The notes under the pieces were generated by a model. The model was not told the origin of the DNA and did not search any database. It saw only the letters and a list, made by a program, of their open reading frames with translations. Of a DNA stretch of 64,000 nucleotides, positions 18,946-28,630 are shown piece by piece; position 1 is the first letter of the stretch; every line of letters starts with the position of its first letter. The stretch covers positions 12,260-76,259 of the forward strand of contig VBEE01000035.1 in assembly GCA_005881715.1 (NCBI GenBank), read 5' to 3'. The DNA comes from Chloroflexota bacterium. GTDB taxonomy: Bacteria > Chloroflexota > Dormibacteria > CF-121. The translations under genes were made by a program, and so were the position numbers.

Positions 18946-20309
18946 GCCATGGCTCGGCGGACGACGGGCGGCTTTTGCCCCTCGTCGCCGTAGGCCCACC
19001 CAAGCAGGTCCATCACGTGGACCACCGGGATGTCCCGGCCGGCCCGCTGCAGCCCCATGGAAATCTGGAGGATGCAGCCGGGATTGGCAGAAGCGATCAG
19101 CTGCGCACCCGAGTCGATGATGTGCGCAATCTTCCAGGCGAGGGCGTCCTCGGAAATCTCCGGGTGGGTCAGGTTGTAGACCCCGGCAGAGCCGCAGCAC
19201 CAGTCAGACTCCTTCATCTCGACGAGCTCGAGGCCGGGGATCATCTTCAGTGCCTGCCGCGGCTGCTGATGCACCTTCTGGCCGTGCACCAGATGACAGG
19301 GATCCTGGTAGGCGACCCGCAACGTGATCCGGCGGGTGGGCGGCTGTAGCCCCAATTCCACCAGGAATTCCGATGCGTCTTTCACGGTTCGCGAGAAGGC
19401 GAGGCCCGCCTCGCGCCGCTGCGCGTCGTTGCGCAGCTGCAGCTCGTATTCCTTCATGTTCGAACCACAGCCGGCGGCGTTGACCACAACGGCGTCGAGC
19501 TGCTGGCCGGAAAAGGCATCCATGGTGCGAGCCGCCAACCGCTCCGCCGTTTTAGCCTCGCCGGCGTGCGAAGCCAGGGCCCCGCAGCAAACGCGCGCCT
19601 CCGGCACCACCACGTCGCAGCCGTTGCGCGCCAGGGCGAGAGCGGTGCGCCGGTTGGTTCCGTGGAACATCTCGTCCTGGATGCACCCGGTCAGCAAGCC
19701 GACGCGGGCGCGGCGCTGGCCCTGTGCCGCCGTCAGCGCTGGGAGCGGCTGCCGGCGCGGTGTGCGGTCGCCGACCGGCGGGAACGCCGCGAACTTGCCG
19801 AGCGGCAGCACTTTCCAGGCCCCACTCCGGCGCAGGAGCCCGGGGAGGCGCGCAGCGCGGGCCGCGCGGTAGAGCCAGCCGGCGATCCGCAAGCGGCGGG
19901 GATGCGGCAACAGTCCATTGAGGAGGATGGCTCGCACCATCCGGTCCCGTCGGTTCTGTGGCGGCGTCATGGCGCGGGCCATCTCCATCACCGCCCCAAA
20001 CTGGACACCTGACGGGCAGGCCGTCTCACAAGCCCGACAGTTAAAGCACTGATAAATATGCGCCTGGAATCGCGGGTCATCGAAGGCCACCAGTCCGAGC
20101 GCGGCCTCTTTGATCTGCCACATCCGTCCCCGCGGACTGTCCCCCTCGTGATGCAGCGTTCGGAAGGTTGGACACTTCGGCAGACAGAGACCGCAGTGGA
20201 TGCAGTCGCGCACCAGGTCCATGTCGATGCCCGCGGCCGGGCTGGGAACGCCATCGCGGTCGATCTGGCGCTTGAAGTCGAGTGAGGCCAGCTCTGCCAT
20301 GCGACTCAA
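18942..20309 (-). CDS. glcF: Glycolate oxidase iron-sulfur subunit
   Basis: CIHCGLCLPKCPT, CFNCRACETACPSGV and CCG domains (CCGA, DPCHL, CCGSAG). Confidence 0.92.
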   Translation of the reverse strand: MSRMAELASLDFKRQIDRDGVPSPAAGIDMDLVRDCIHCGLCLPKCPTFRTLHHEGDSPRGRMWQIKEAALGLVAFDDPRFQAHIYQCFNCRACETACPSGVQFGAVMEMARAMTPPQNRRDRMVRAILLNGLLPHPRRLRIAGWLYRAARAARLPGLLRRSGAWKVLPLGKFAAFPPVGDRTPRRQPLPALTAAQGQRRARVGLLTGCIQDEMFHGTNRRTALALARNGCDVVVPEARVCCGALASHAGEAKTAERLAARTMDAFSGQQLDAVVVNAAGCGSNMKEYELQLRNDAQRREAGLAFSRTVKDASEFLVELGLQPPTRRITLRVAYQDPCHLVHGQKVHQQPRQALKMIPGLELVEMKESDWCCGSAGVYNLTHPEISEDALAWKIAHIIDSGAQLIASANPGCILQISMGLQRAGRDIPVVHVMDLLGWAYGDEGQKPPVVRRAMA

Positions 20310-21568
20310 ATGCCACCGACGAACCGGCCGGGGTTGAGGATGCCGTTCGGGTCAAGAGCTTGTTTGAGCGCGCGCATGATCGGGAAGCCGGGTGGGGGCG
20401 GTCCCCAGACGTCGAGCCCCTTTTTGACCACGGCCGGGGCCGCCGCCACAATGACCTGGCCCTGGTCGCCACCAGCGGTTCGCAGCCGCTGGAGGGTTGA
20501 TGCCGCAGAGCCGGGGGCGACTCGTGCGTCGACCAGGCCCGCCCCAGGCAGGGCCATCATGCGGGAATCCGGGGGGAGGGCGTTGAGGATCGCGTGGATT
20601 GACGTCAGCGGAACGATGGCGCGTACGACGACGTGGTCATCATCGGGCGCTGACCAGTCGCGGGCGGTCTCCCAAAAGGTGGACGGAACATCGCCCTCCT
20701 CCACCCGGCCGCCGGCATCGCGGATGATCCCGGTCGCCTTGTTCCGCGCCGCCTCCACCTCCCGGGCATAACCCTCCAGCTTGAGTGCCAGCGTCCATCG
20801 CCAGTCGGCCGCGAGCCCGCAGTCCCTCAGCGCTCCCTGGTCGAGCACGAGCGCGGCGGCCGGTGCCAGATACTGGCGCGCCAGCGCTATGCCGCAGTCG
20901 ATCGCCGGGGCGAGCATCTCGAAATGCGCGAGCAGCGTCGCCTCGACCTGCGGTCGGGTCTGAACCTTGAAATTCACCTCGGCGATGACGCCCAGCGTGC
21001 CAAGCGCGCCGATGTGCAACTTCATCAGGTCATATCCGGCGACGTTCTTCACCACCTTGCCACCGGCTCGGGCCAGCTTCCCCGACGGGTAGGCGACGGC
21101 GATGCCGATGACCCAGTCGCGCACCGTGCCGTAGCGCGCGCGCCCGAGGCCGTTGGCGTTGGCCGCCAGCATCCCGCCTACGGTGGCCCGCTCCGGATGG
21201 GGCGGCTCCAGCGGCAGACGCTGCCCCTGCGCCAGCAGCGACTCCTGCAAGTCCTGCAGCCGCATGCCGGCCTCGACCCGGCAGGTGAGGTCGGCGGGCT
21301 CATACTCCAGCAGGCGGGTCATCCGCTCCGTGGAGAAAGCGACCTCGTAGCGGCGCGGCGTGGCGCCAAGCCGCATTTGCGTCCCGCCGCCCCAGGTCAC
21401 GACGGCGGCGGGGACCAGGTCACAGAGCCGCAGTCCGCGCGCCGCATCCTGTGCATCAGCGGGACGCATCACCCTGGACGGCAGCAGATCGTCGACACGA
21501 AACTCTTGCTGTTCCTCGACCGTGATCTCATGCCCGGGCAGCGTCGCCACGCGCGCGTTCAGACCCAT
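20306..21568 (-). CDS. glcE: Glycolate oxidase FAD-binding subunit
   Basis: YEPADLTCRVEAG, ATVGGMLAAN, GGKVVKNVAGYDLMKL, KQALDPNGILNPG. Confidence 0.9.
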   Translation of the reverse strand: MGLNARVATLPGHEITVEEQQEFRVDDLLPSRVMRPADAQDAARGLRLCDLVPAAVVTWGGGTQMRLGATPRRYEVAFSTERMTRLLEYEPADLTCRVEAGMRLQDLQESLLAQGQRLPLEPPHPERATVGGMLAANANGLGRARYGTVRDWVIGIAVAYPSGKLARAGGKVVKNVAGYDLMKLHIGALGTLGVIAEVNFKVQTRPQVEATLLAHFEMLAPAIDCGIALARQYLAPAAALVLDQGALRDCGLAADWRWTLALKLEGYAREVEAARNKATGIIRDAGGRVEEGDVPSTFWETARDWSAPDDDHVVVRAIVPLTSIHAILNALPPDSRMMALPGAGLVDARVAPGSAASTLQRLRTAGGDQGQVIVAAAPAVVKKGLDVWGPPPPGFPIMRALKQALDPNGILNPGRFVGGI

Positions 21569-23037
21569 ACGTCGTCGCCTCCTATGCCGGCGGCCGCCCG
21601 TCGTGATGCGTGGTCCGGCGCTCTCGACGGCGCCGAACCCTCGAGCACTTCGCCCGGAAAGACCTTCCCCGGATTCATCAGGCCGTGCGGATCGAACACA
21701 CGACGGATCCGATCCATCACCTCGAGATCGTCGTCCGAAAAGACGTACCGGATGTTCTCCCGCTTCTCCAGCCCGATGCCGTGTTCGCCGGTCACCGATC
21801 CACCGGCGTCCGCGCATAGTTTCAAGATCTCGTCGCCGATCCGTAGGACGGCCTCGTACTGGCCGGGCTTGAAGGCGTCGAACAGCACGAGGGGATGCAA
21901 GTTACCGTCACCTGCATGAAAGACGTTGCAGATCTTGAAGCCGGTACGCGCACTGATGGCATCGATCTTCGCCAGCGTTTCCGGCAACCTGGTGCGTGGC
22001 ACCACGCCGTCCATGACGTAGAAGTCCGGCGACAACCGGCCCATCGCCGAGAACGCCCCCTTCCGTCCCTTCCACAATGCCTGGCGCTCTGCCTCGTCCT
22101 TGGCGACGCGGACCTCGGTCGCCCCACTCTCGCGGCAGGCTTTCGCCATCCGCTCCCCTAATTCATCCACCAGTTCCGGGATCCCATCGACCTCGAGCAA
22201 AAGGACCGCGCCGGCATCCAGCGGGTAGCCGGCATGCGATGCGGCCTCGATCGCCTGGATCGATAGCTTGTCCATCATCTCGATCGCTGCCGGAAGAATG
22301 CCACTTCGGACGATGGCGGAAACCGCGTTACTCGCGGTTTCGACGTCGGGGTAGACCGCCATCAGCGTCTTCTGCACCGGCGGGAGCGGCTGGATCTTGA
22401 CCCAGATCTTGGTGGCGATCCCCATGGTGCCCTCCGACCCGACGAACAGTCCGGTCAGGTCGTATCCGCTCGCGGCGGCGGCCTTGCGGCCGCCCACCTG
22501 CACCAGTGCGCCAGACGGAAGCGCGAGCTCGAGTCCGGTCACGTGGTTGACGGTGACGCCGTAGAGGAGGGTATGGGGACCGCCGGCATTGGTGCCGACG
22601 TTGCCGCCGATAGTGCAGGCGCCCTGACTCGATGGGTCCGGAACGTAGTAATAGCCGAGCGGTTTCAGGGCCTGGCTCAGGGCCAGGTTGACGACACCGG
22701 GCTCCACCACCGCACGCTGATTGTCCGGATCGATCTCCAGGATCCGATCCATCCTGGCGAACGTGATCACGACGCCGTGCTCAACCGGCACCGTCCCGCC
22801 GGCCAGGCTGCTGGCGGCGGAGCGGGCGGTGATGGGCACCTGCGCGTCGGCGCAGATCTTGACCACCCGCGCCACGTCGGCGGCCGTTCCAGGGATCACC
22901 ACAATGTCGGGTAGGGCGGTCTCGGGGCTGGCGTCGTACTGGTAGAGCCGCATCTCATAAGGATCGGCGAAGGCGTAGCGCTCGCCGACCACCCCGCGAA
23001 GCCGGGCCAGCAGTTGTTCGCGATCGGCCGCATCCAT
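21559..23037 (-). CDS. glcD: Glycolate oxidase / D-2-hydroxyacid FAD-linked oxidase subunit
   Basis: PDPSSQGACTIGGNVGTNAGG, GSEGTMGI, HAGDGNLHP, GEHGIGLEKR. Confidence 0.93.
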   Translation of the reverse strand: MDAADREQLLARLRGVVGERYAFADPYEMRLYQYDASPETALPDIVVIPGTAADVARVVKICADAQVPITARSAASSLAGGTVPVEHGVVITFARMDRILEIDPDNQRAVVEPGVVNLALSQALKPLGYYYVPDPSSQGACTIGGNVGTNAGGPHTLLYGVTVNHVTGLELALPSGALVQVGGRKAAAASGYDLTGLFVGSEGTMGIATKIWVKIQPLPPVQKTLMAVYPDVETASNAVSAIVRSGILPAAIEMMDKLSIQAIEAASHAGYPLDAGAVLLLEVDGIPELVDELGERMAKACRESGATEVRVAKDEAERQALWKGRKGAFSAMGRLSPDFYVMDGVVPRTRLPETLAKIDAISARTGFKICNVFHAGDGNLHPLVLFDAFKPGQYEAVLRIGDEILKLCADAGGSVTGEHGIGLEKRENIRYVFSDDDLEVMDRIRRVFDPHGLMNPGKVFPGEVLEGSAPSRAPDHASRRAAAGIGGDDVWV

Positions 23038-23051
23038 CCTGTTAAAGCCTA

Positions 23052-23127
23052 CCCCCCATCCCGACCCTCCCCCACGAGGGGGGAGGGAGATTACGCCCCC
23101 ACCCTGCCCTCCCCCGCAAGGGGAAGG
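23052..23127. repeat. Intergenic tandem REP-like palindromes, same family as 13745-13826
   Basis: CCCTCCCCC...GGGGGAGGG hairpin plus a second copy; 23095-23120 is identical over 26 nt to 13745-13770. Confidence 0.88.
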
Positions 23128-23136
23128 ATTATTGCG

Positions 23137-25056
23137 CTAACTGAGCGTCGGGATGATCCCCGGGATCAGGTAGACCTGGATCATGGCGACCAGGCCGACT
23201 GCCGCAGTGAGGATCAGGCTGTACCCGATGGTGCGTCGGAAGATCTCGCCCTCCGCACCCACCCGATTGACACCCGCCGCGCCAACCGAGAGGTTCTGCG
23301 GGCTGATCATCTTGCCCATCACACCACCAGAGGAATTCGTCCCGGCCGTCAGGATCGGATTCAAATGGTGGCCGCTGATCACGATTTGTTTTGCGGTGAA
23401 CGCCTGCATCGGACCGAACAGCGTATTGGACGCCGTGTCGCTTCCGGTCAAAAAGACTCCGAGCGCGCCGATCACCGCGGAGAAGAAGGGGAAGACGGCG
23501 CCGGTTTTTGCCATCAGCAAGGCAAGCGTCGACGTCATGCCGGAGAAGTTCATGACCGCGGCGATGCCCAGGATGAACGCGATCGTCATGATGGGTAGCG
23601 CCAGCTGGCGCAGCGTTCGGCCATATGTCGTGAAGAACAGGCGCAGGGGCGCCCCGCGGATCGCCATTACGAAGAACGCGATGATCGAGGCGAAAAGCAC
23701 GAGGCTGCCGGCTGCCGACAGGAAGTCCCAGGTGAAGGTGATGGGGTAGGCGGTCGACTTGGTCACGATCTGCGGTTCCTGGAAGATCTCGGGCTTGGGC
23801 TTGGCCGACGTGCCGCTGTAGCTGCCCGGCCACTGGAACCGCCAGAACGGAAACTTGAAAGCACCGGCATCCTTCGTCGCAGTGGGCCCGATCCACGGAT
23901 TCGGGCAGAGTTTGTATGCCGGCTGGCCGCACTTGAAGTCGGCGGTGATGTTTGCCGGGGTGTGCAGCGCATTCTTGACATTGCCCGCTGGACTCCCGGA
24001 AAAGAACGGAAGGTTGCCCATCTGGCCGATCAGGATGACCACGACCAGGATGACGTACATCATGTAGGCGCGCACGATCCGGCCGGGCGGATCGACGACC
24101 TCAGCAACCGCGGCGCCCACGCTTCGAAGCCTGGCGGTCGCGCCGGCCGGCACCGCCCCGCGATCGGCGGCAAATCCCCACAGCGCCCGCGGCTTCCAGA
24201 CGCGAAGTAACAGGGCGACGGCGGCCATCGAGACCAACGCGGCGAGCACGTCGGTGAGCTCGGGGCCGATGAAGTTCGAGACCAGGAATTGGACCACCGC
24301 GAAGACGACCCCGGCGGTTAGAACCGCCGGCAAAACCTCGAGCATTCGCCTCCAGCCGGCGAGGACGACGATCAGGAAGGCGGGGATGATGATGGAGAAC
24401 ACCGGGAGTTGCCGGCCGACCATGGCCGAAAGCGCGAGCGTCACTGGCGTCTGGTCGGCTGCGCCGTGGCCGATGATGGGCGCGGTCAGCAGCCCGAGGG
24501 TGACCACCGGAATGCCGATCGAGCCGAACGCTACCGGCGCGGTGTTGGCAAGCAGAGCGAGCACCGCCGCGCTGATGGGCTCGAACCCAAGGCTGGCAAG
24601 GATCGCCGCCGAGATGGCGACCGGAGCGCCAAAGCCGGCGATGCCTTCCATCAGAGCGCCAAAGCAGAACGCCACCAGCAGGGCCTGGACCCGCCGGTCT
24701 TCGGTCAACCGGGTGAGCGACCGCCGGATGACATCGAAGTCGCCGCTGGCGATGGTCAGGTTGTGGAAGAAGACCGCATTGAGCACGATCCAGCTGATTG
24801 GCCACAGACCATTGGCCATCCCCTCGGTGGTCGCCGAGACATCGAGCCCCACCGGCATGCCCCAGACCAGCGCAGCGAGCACAGCCGCGGAGAGCATCGC
24901 AACCAGTGCCGACAGCCAGGCCGGCAGGCGCATGACGGCCAGCATGATGAAGAGGATGTAGAGTGGGACCCCGGCGATCAACGCCGAAAGCGCGATATTG
25001 CCGCTGACCGGGTCGTAGACCTGATGAAACGCGAGGATCGCAAGCGCCTCGTTCAT
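23137..25056 (-). CDS. lctP: L-lactate/glycolate permease (LctP family)
   Basis: FGALMEGIAGFGAP, LANTAPVAFGSIG, FLTGSDTASNTLFG, GKMISPQN; ATG at 25056 after GGAGG. Confidence 0.93.
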   Translation of the reverse strand: MNEALAILAFHQVYDPVSGNIALSALIAGVPLYILFIMLAVMRLPAWLSALVAMLSAAVLAALVWGMPVGLDVSATTEGMANGLWPISWIVLNAVFFHNLTIASGDFDVIRRSLTRLTEDRRVQALLVAFCFGALMEGIAGFGAPVAISAAILASLGFEPISAAVLALLANTAPVAFGSIGIPVVTLGLLTAPIIGHGAADQTPVTLALSAMVGRQLPVFSIIIPAFLIVVLAGWRRMLEVLPAVLTAGVVFAVVQFLVSNFIGPELTDVLAALVSMAAVALLLRVWKPRALWGFAADRGAVPAGATARLRSVGAAVAEVVDPPGRIVRAYMMYVILVVVILIGQMGNLPFFSGSPAGNVKNALHTPANITADFKCGQPAYKLCPNPWIGPTATKDAGAFKFPFWRFQWPGSYSGTSAKPKPEIFQEPQIVTKSTAYPITFTWDFLSAAGSLVLFASIIAFFVMAIRGAPLRLFFTTYGRTLRQLALPIMTIAFILGIAAVMNFSGMTSTLALLMAKTGAVFPFFSAVIGALGVFLTGSDTASNTLFGPMQAFTAKQIVISGHHLNPILTAGTNSSGGVMGKMISPQNLSVGAAGVNRVGAEGEIFRRTIGYSLILTAAVGLVAMIQVYLIPGIIPTLS

Positions 25057-25140
25057 GACGAGGTTACCTCCTTCCCCCGCTTCGCTTTCCGATCTAAGGG
25101 TTACATATCGTGGCGTCGGCGCGCCACAATTGGCGGGGGG

Positions 25141-26250
25141 ATGGCAGAGACGACGAGGCCGGCAGCTGCCGTGGATGCGCCTCCGGTCCGGGCCGAGGAC
25201 TTCGAAGTTGCCGCGCGGGCAATCCTGCCCAAAGCGATCTACGACTACTTTGCCGGCGGCGCTGAGGACGAAGCCGCCATCGCCGGGAATCGGGAGGCCT
25301 TTGCCCGCTGGCGGTTTCGATACCACGTGCTGACCGGGGCGTCGGAGCCCGATCTCGGCCTCGAGCTGTTCGGCCGGCGCCTGGCCATGCCCGTCCACCT
25401 GGCCGCGGCCGCCACACAGAAAATGGCTCATCCGCAGGGCGAGCTGGGCGCGGCAACCGCCGCGACGGCGGCGGGCGTGGTCTACTGCCTGAGCACGCTC
25501 TCCACCACCTCGCTGGAGGAGGTCGCCACCGCGCAGGGCGTGCGCTGGTTCCAGCTTTACGTGTTCAAAGACCGCGGCATCACGACCGAGTTGGTGGACC
25601 GGGCGGAGGCGGCCGGGTACCAGGCGATCGTCCTGACCGTGGACACCCCGATGCTGGGGCGGCGCGAGCGTGACTTCCGTAACGCCTTCGGCATGCCCGC
25701 CGGTTTTTTGTACGAGAACCTGGTTGGGCCCCTCGCCAGGACTGGGCCGGTAGACGTGGGGCAATCCGCGCTTGCCGAGTACTTCAGCTTCCAGCTGGAC
25801 CACGCGCTGACGCTTAAGGACCTGGAATGGCTCGCTGGTCACACCCGCCTACCGGTGCTGGTCAAGGGCGTGGTGCGGCCAGACGATGCCCGGCGCAGTC
25901 TGAGCGCCGGCGCCAGAGGTGTGATCGTCAGCAACCACGGCGGCCGCCAGCTCGACTACTCGATCGCCACGCTGGACGCCCTGCCGGCGGTAGTCGACGA
26001 GGTCGGCGGCGAGGTGCCCGTGTTGCTCGATGGCGGCGTCCGACGAGGCACCGACGTGCTGAAGGCGCTGGCGCTCGGGGCGCGCAGTGTCATGATCGGC
26101 CGCCCTTACCTGTGGGCGCTGGCGGTTGGTGGCAGCGATGCCGTCCGCCAGCTTCTCGAGATATTGCGGGAGGAGATCGCCGTGTCGATGAGCCTGCTCG
26201 GCGCCCGTCGCCTGGACGAGTTGACCCCGGACCTGCTGGCAGGGCCCTAG
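25141..26250 (+). CDS. FMN-dependent alpha-hydroxy-acid oxidase/dehydrogenase
   Basis: YDYFAGGAEDE, WFQLY, LTVDTP, VSNHGGRQLD, DGGVRRGTDVLKALALGA. Confidence 0.94.
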   Translation: MAETTRPAAAVDAPPVRAEDFEVAARAILPKAIYDYFAGGAEDEAAIAGNREAFARWRFRYHVLTGASEPDLGLELFGRRLAMPVHLAAAATQKMAHPQGELGAATAATAAGVVYCLSTLSTTSLEEVATAQGVRWFQLYVFKDRGITTELVDRAEAAGYQAIVLTVDTPMLGRRERDFRNAFGMPAGFLYENLVGPLARTGPVDVGQSALAEYFSFQLDHALTLKDLEWLAGHTRLPVLVKGVVRPDDARRSLSAGARGVIVSNHGGRQLDYSIATLDALPAVVDEVGGEVPVLLDGGVRRGTDVLKALALGARSVMIGRPYLWALAVGGSDAVRQLLEILREEIAVSMSLLGARRLDELTPDLLAGP

Positions 26251-26279
26251 CGACCGCCGGTAGTTGCTGCGCCCTCCGC

Positions 26280-27191
26280 TCAGGCGCCCGAGGCGGTTTC
26301 CCGGGCGACGCTGTCGAGAATGGGCTGGACTGTCTTTGCCTGCCAGGCGGCGGCCCCGTTCTGGGCGGCCGCGAACGTCGCGGCGAGCTGATCGCGGGCG
26401 GCGGCCAGCGTTCGGCCGGCCTGCTGAGCCTGCTGTGTCTGATTGGCGGCTGAGGCGAGGCTGTACTGCTGCGCGGAGATGGCGACCCCCAGCATGGCAT
26501 CGACCCACTTGGCCCAGAGCGGATCAAGGAGCGCTTCCGGGTCTCCCGCCGGACTCTGCTGGGACTTGAGATCCGTCGCGATCGTCGATGCCGTTCGGGC
26601 CGCGTTGGTCCAGTCCCGGGCGTTGAGGCTCGCGTTCATACTGACAAGGCTCTGCGAGTTCTGGCTCATATGCTCGGCGAGCGTGAGCTGCAAGGTGGCC
26701 GCGTGGGACAGTTTGATGGACGTGGTCAGCGCTTTTTCGAGGTGCTGCGCGGCGGCCCTATCGGGCGCGATGAACGTCGGGGCGTGAAACTGGAACGGTA
26801 GGCCGTCCGCCTGCGCCATGTAGGCCTGGGCAGCCTGGACATGGCTGAGCGCTTCGTCTGCCGACCGTTCGGTACGCTTCGCGAGGGCCAGGTCCTCGGA
26901 CATGCGAGCGGCGGTCAGGCCCATGCTGCCCTTTGGCGACAACTCGGCCCAGAGCCCGGCGACCGCCGTGTTGACGTCGGCAGTGCCCTTCCGCGCCAGC
27001 ACCAGTTCGTTACCCTCCATCTCGGCCAGCTTGGCAACCTGCTGTGGCAGCAGCACTTCCAGGAAGGCGCCAATCGCCCCGACGGCCACCAGGAAGACGA
27101 GTAAGGCAAAGATCCGCGTGCCCCAGGAGACCCGGCGGGCCGGCCGGAACACTCGGCGCGCCGGAGCCGGTCTTGGGAGGGCCACGAACAA
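26280..27191 (-). CDS. Hypothetical membrane-anchored, alanine-rich helical protein
   Basis: 303-aa ORF filling the gap; single N-terminal TM (IFALLVFLVAVGAIGAFL). Confidence 0.75.
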   Translation of the reverse strand: MFVALPRPAPARRVFRPARRVSWGTRIFALLVFLVAVGAIGAFLEVLLPQQVAKLAEMEGNELVLARKGTADVNTAVAGLWAELSPKGSMGLTAARMSEDLALAKRTERSADEALSHVQAAQAYMAQADGLPFQFHAPTFIAPDRAAAQHLEKALTTSIKLSHAATLQLTLAEHMSQNSQSLVSMNASLNARDWTNAARTASTIATDLKSQQSPAGDPEALLDPLWAKWVDAMLGVAISAQQYSLASAANQTQQAQQAGRTLAAARDQLAATFAAAQNGAAAWQAKTVQPILDSVARETASGA

Positions 27192-27352
27192 GTAACGCGG
27201 GCCGTAAGCCTGCTCTTGCCTACCGGCGCCAACCGCGGACGCACCGATCTGTGACGGTCCTGTGGCGGAGTGTCAACCGAGCCCGCTGAGCGCTCGATCG
27301 ACGCGCCGGACCGCTCGCAGCCCTGTGCTAGAGTGAATTTTCCTTCGAAGAA

Positions 27353-27670
27353 ATGGCCTACATCATCACGGAAACCTGCGTCGACCTGAAGGACCGGTCC
27401 TGCGTCGATGTCTGCCCGGTTGACTGCATCATCGACGGTGGGGCCGAGGACCGGATGCTCGTCATCAACCCCGATGAATGCATCGACTGCGGGGCGTGTG
27501 TCGACCCCTGTCCGGTGGCGGCGATCTATCCAGAGGACGAGGTACCGGCGGAGCTGAAGCGATTCATCCCGTGGAATTTCGACTACTTCAAGAGCGATGC
27601 GGACAAGGCTCGGGTTCGCGCCGAGATCAACGCCGCCTATCCCGAAAAGCGCAAAACCGAAGTCGGCTAG
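27353..27670 (+). CDS. Dicluster ferredoxin (FdxA/7Fe-like)
   Basis: MAYIITETCVDLKDRSCVDVCPVDCI and CIDCGACVDPCPVAAI. Confidence 0.95.
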   Translation: MAYIITETCVDLKDRSCVDVCPVDCIIDGGAEDRMLVINPDECIDCGACVDPCPVAAIYPEDEVPAELKRFIPWNFDYFKSDADKARVRAEINAAYPEKRKTEVG

Positions 27671-27676
27671 CGCGCT

Positions 27677-28630
27677 TCAGGCCAGCTCGTCGAAGAGCGG
27701 GGTGACATCCCGCTGGTACAGCGGCAGGTCGATCAGGGGGTGCTCCTTGAGCGCGGGGACCTTGCCGGCGAGCTGCTCGTCGTAGGTCGGAAGGTCGATC
27801 TTGTAGAAAAGTCCGACGGCCAGGCTGTCGCCAGTCTCGTACGACGTCTGCAGCGCCCGGGTCTTCTTCTGAACCACCTCATCGAGATTGGCGGGGTCTT
27901 TGACGACCGGGTCCCAGCTGGCATCGGCATCCAGACGGCGGAGCCGCGTTCGACCGATGTCGTCCCCCGCGTACCACTCCTTGGTGCGCAGGTCGTTGTA
28001 CACCGGGCAGGTCTGGAAGACATCGAGGAAGGAGGTTCCCTTGTGTTGGATCGCCTGGACGATGAGCGAGACGAGCGATTTCACGTCGAGGGCGTAGCCG
28101 CGGCCGATCCAGGTGTAGCCGGCTCCCAGCGCAACCGCCAGCGGATTGACGCCTTCCTGGATCGACGGTTCGGGCATGGACTTGGTCTGAAGTCCCTTGC
28201 CCAGGGTTGGTGAGGCTTGCCCTTTGGTGAGCCCGTAAACACCGTTGTTGAAGACGATATAGGTCATGTCGAGGTTGCGCCGGCCGCTGTTGACGAAATA
28301 TCCGGCGCCGATACCGTAGCCATCGCCGTCGCCACCCACCGCCACCACCGTCAGCTGATGGTTCGCGAGCTTCGCGCCGGTCGCGACCGGCAGCGCGCGG
28401 CCATGCAGCGTGTGGAGGCCGTAGGTGTCCACGTAGTGGGGCGTTTTCCCCGAACAGCCGATGCCGGAAATCATCGCGATTCGATGTGGCGGGATCTGCA
28501 GCTGAAAGAACGCCTGCTGGATCGAGCTCAGGATTCCGAAATCGCCACAGCCGGGACACCAATCGACGTGGACCTCAGTCTTGTACTCCTGCAGGCTGAA
28601 TTTCTTGGGCGGGGTGATCGTCTCAGGCAT
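27677..28630 (-). CDS. 2-oxoacid:ferredoxin oxidoreductase beta subunit
   Basis: WCPGCGDFG, SGIGCS, GGDGDG, NNGVYGLTKGQASPT. Confidence 0.95.
   Translation of the reverse strand: MPETITPPKKFSLQEYKTEVHVDWCPGCGDFGILSSIQQAFFQLQIPPHRIAMISGIGCSGKTPHYVDTYGLHTLHGRALPVATGAKLANHQLTVVAVGGDGDGYGIGAGYFVNSGRRNLDMTYIVFNNGVYGLTKGQASPTLGKGLQTKSMPEPSIQEGVNPLAVALGAGYTWIGRGYALDVKSLVSLIVQAIQHKGTSFLDVFQTCPVYNDLRTKEWYAGDDIGRTRLRRLDADASWDPVVKDPANLDEVVQKKTRALQTSYETGDSLAVGLFYKIDLPTYDEQLAGKVPALKEHPLIDLPLYQRDVTPLFDELA

Noticed and set aside
23137..26250. Apparent 901-aa LctP and 613-aa oxidase fusions in the ORF track
   Set aside because: The N-terminal extensions are antisense read-through of the divergent gene; real starts are 25056 and 25141.
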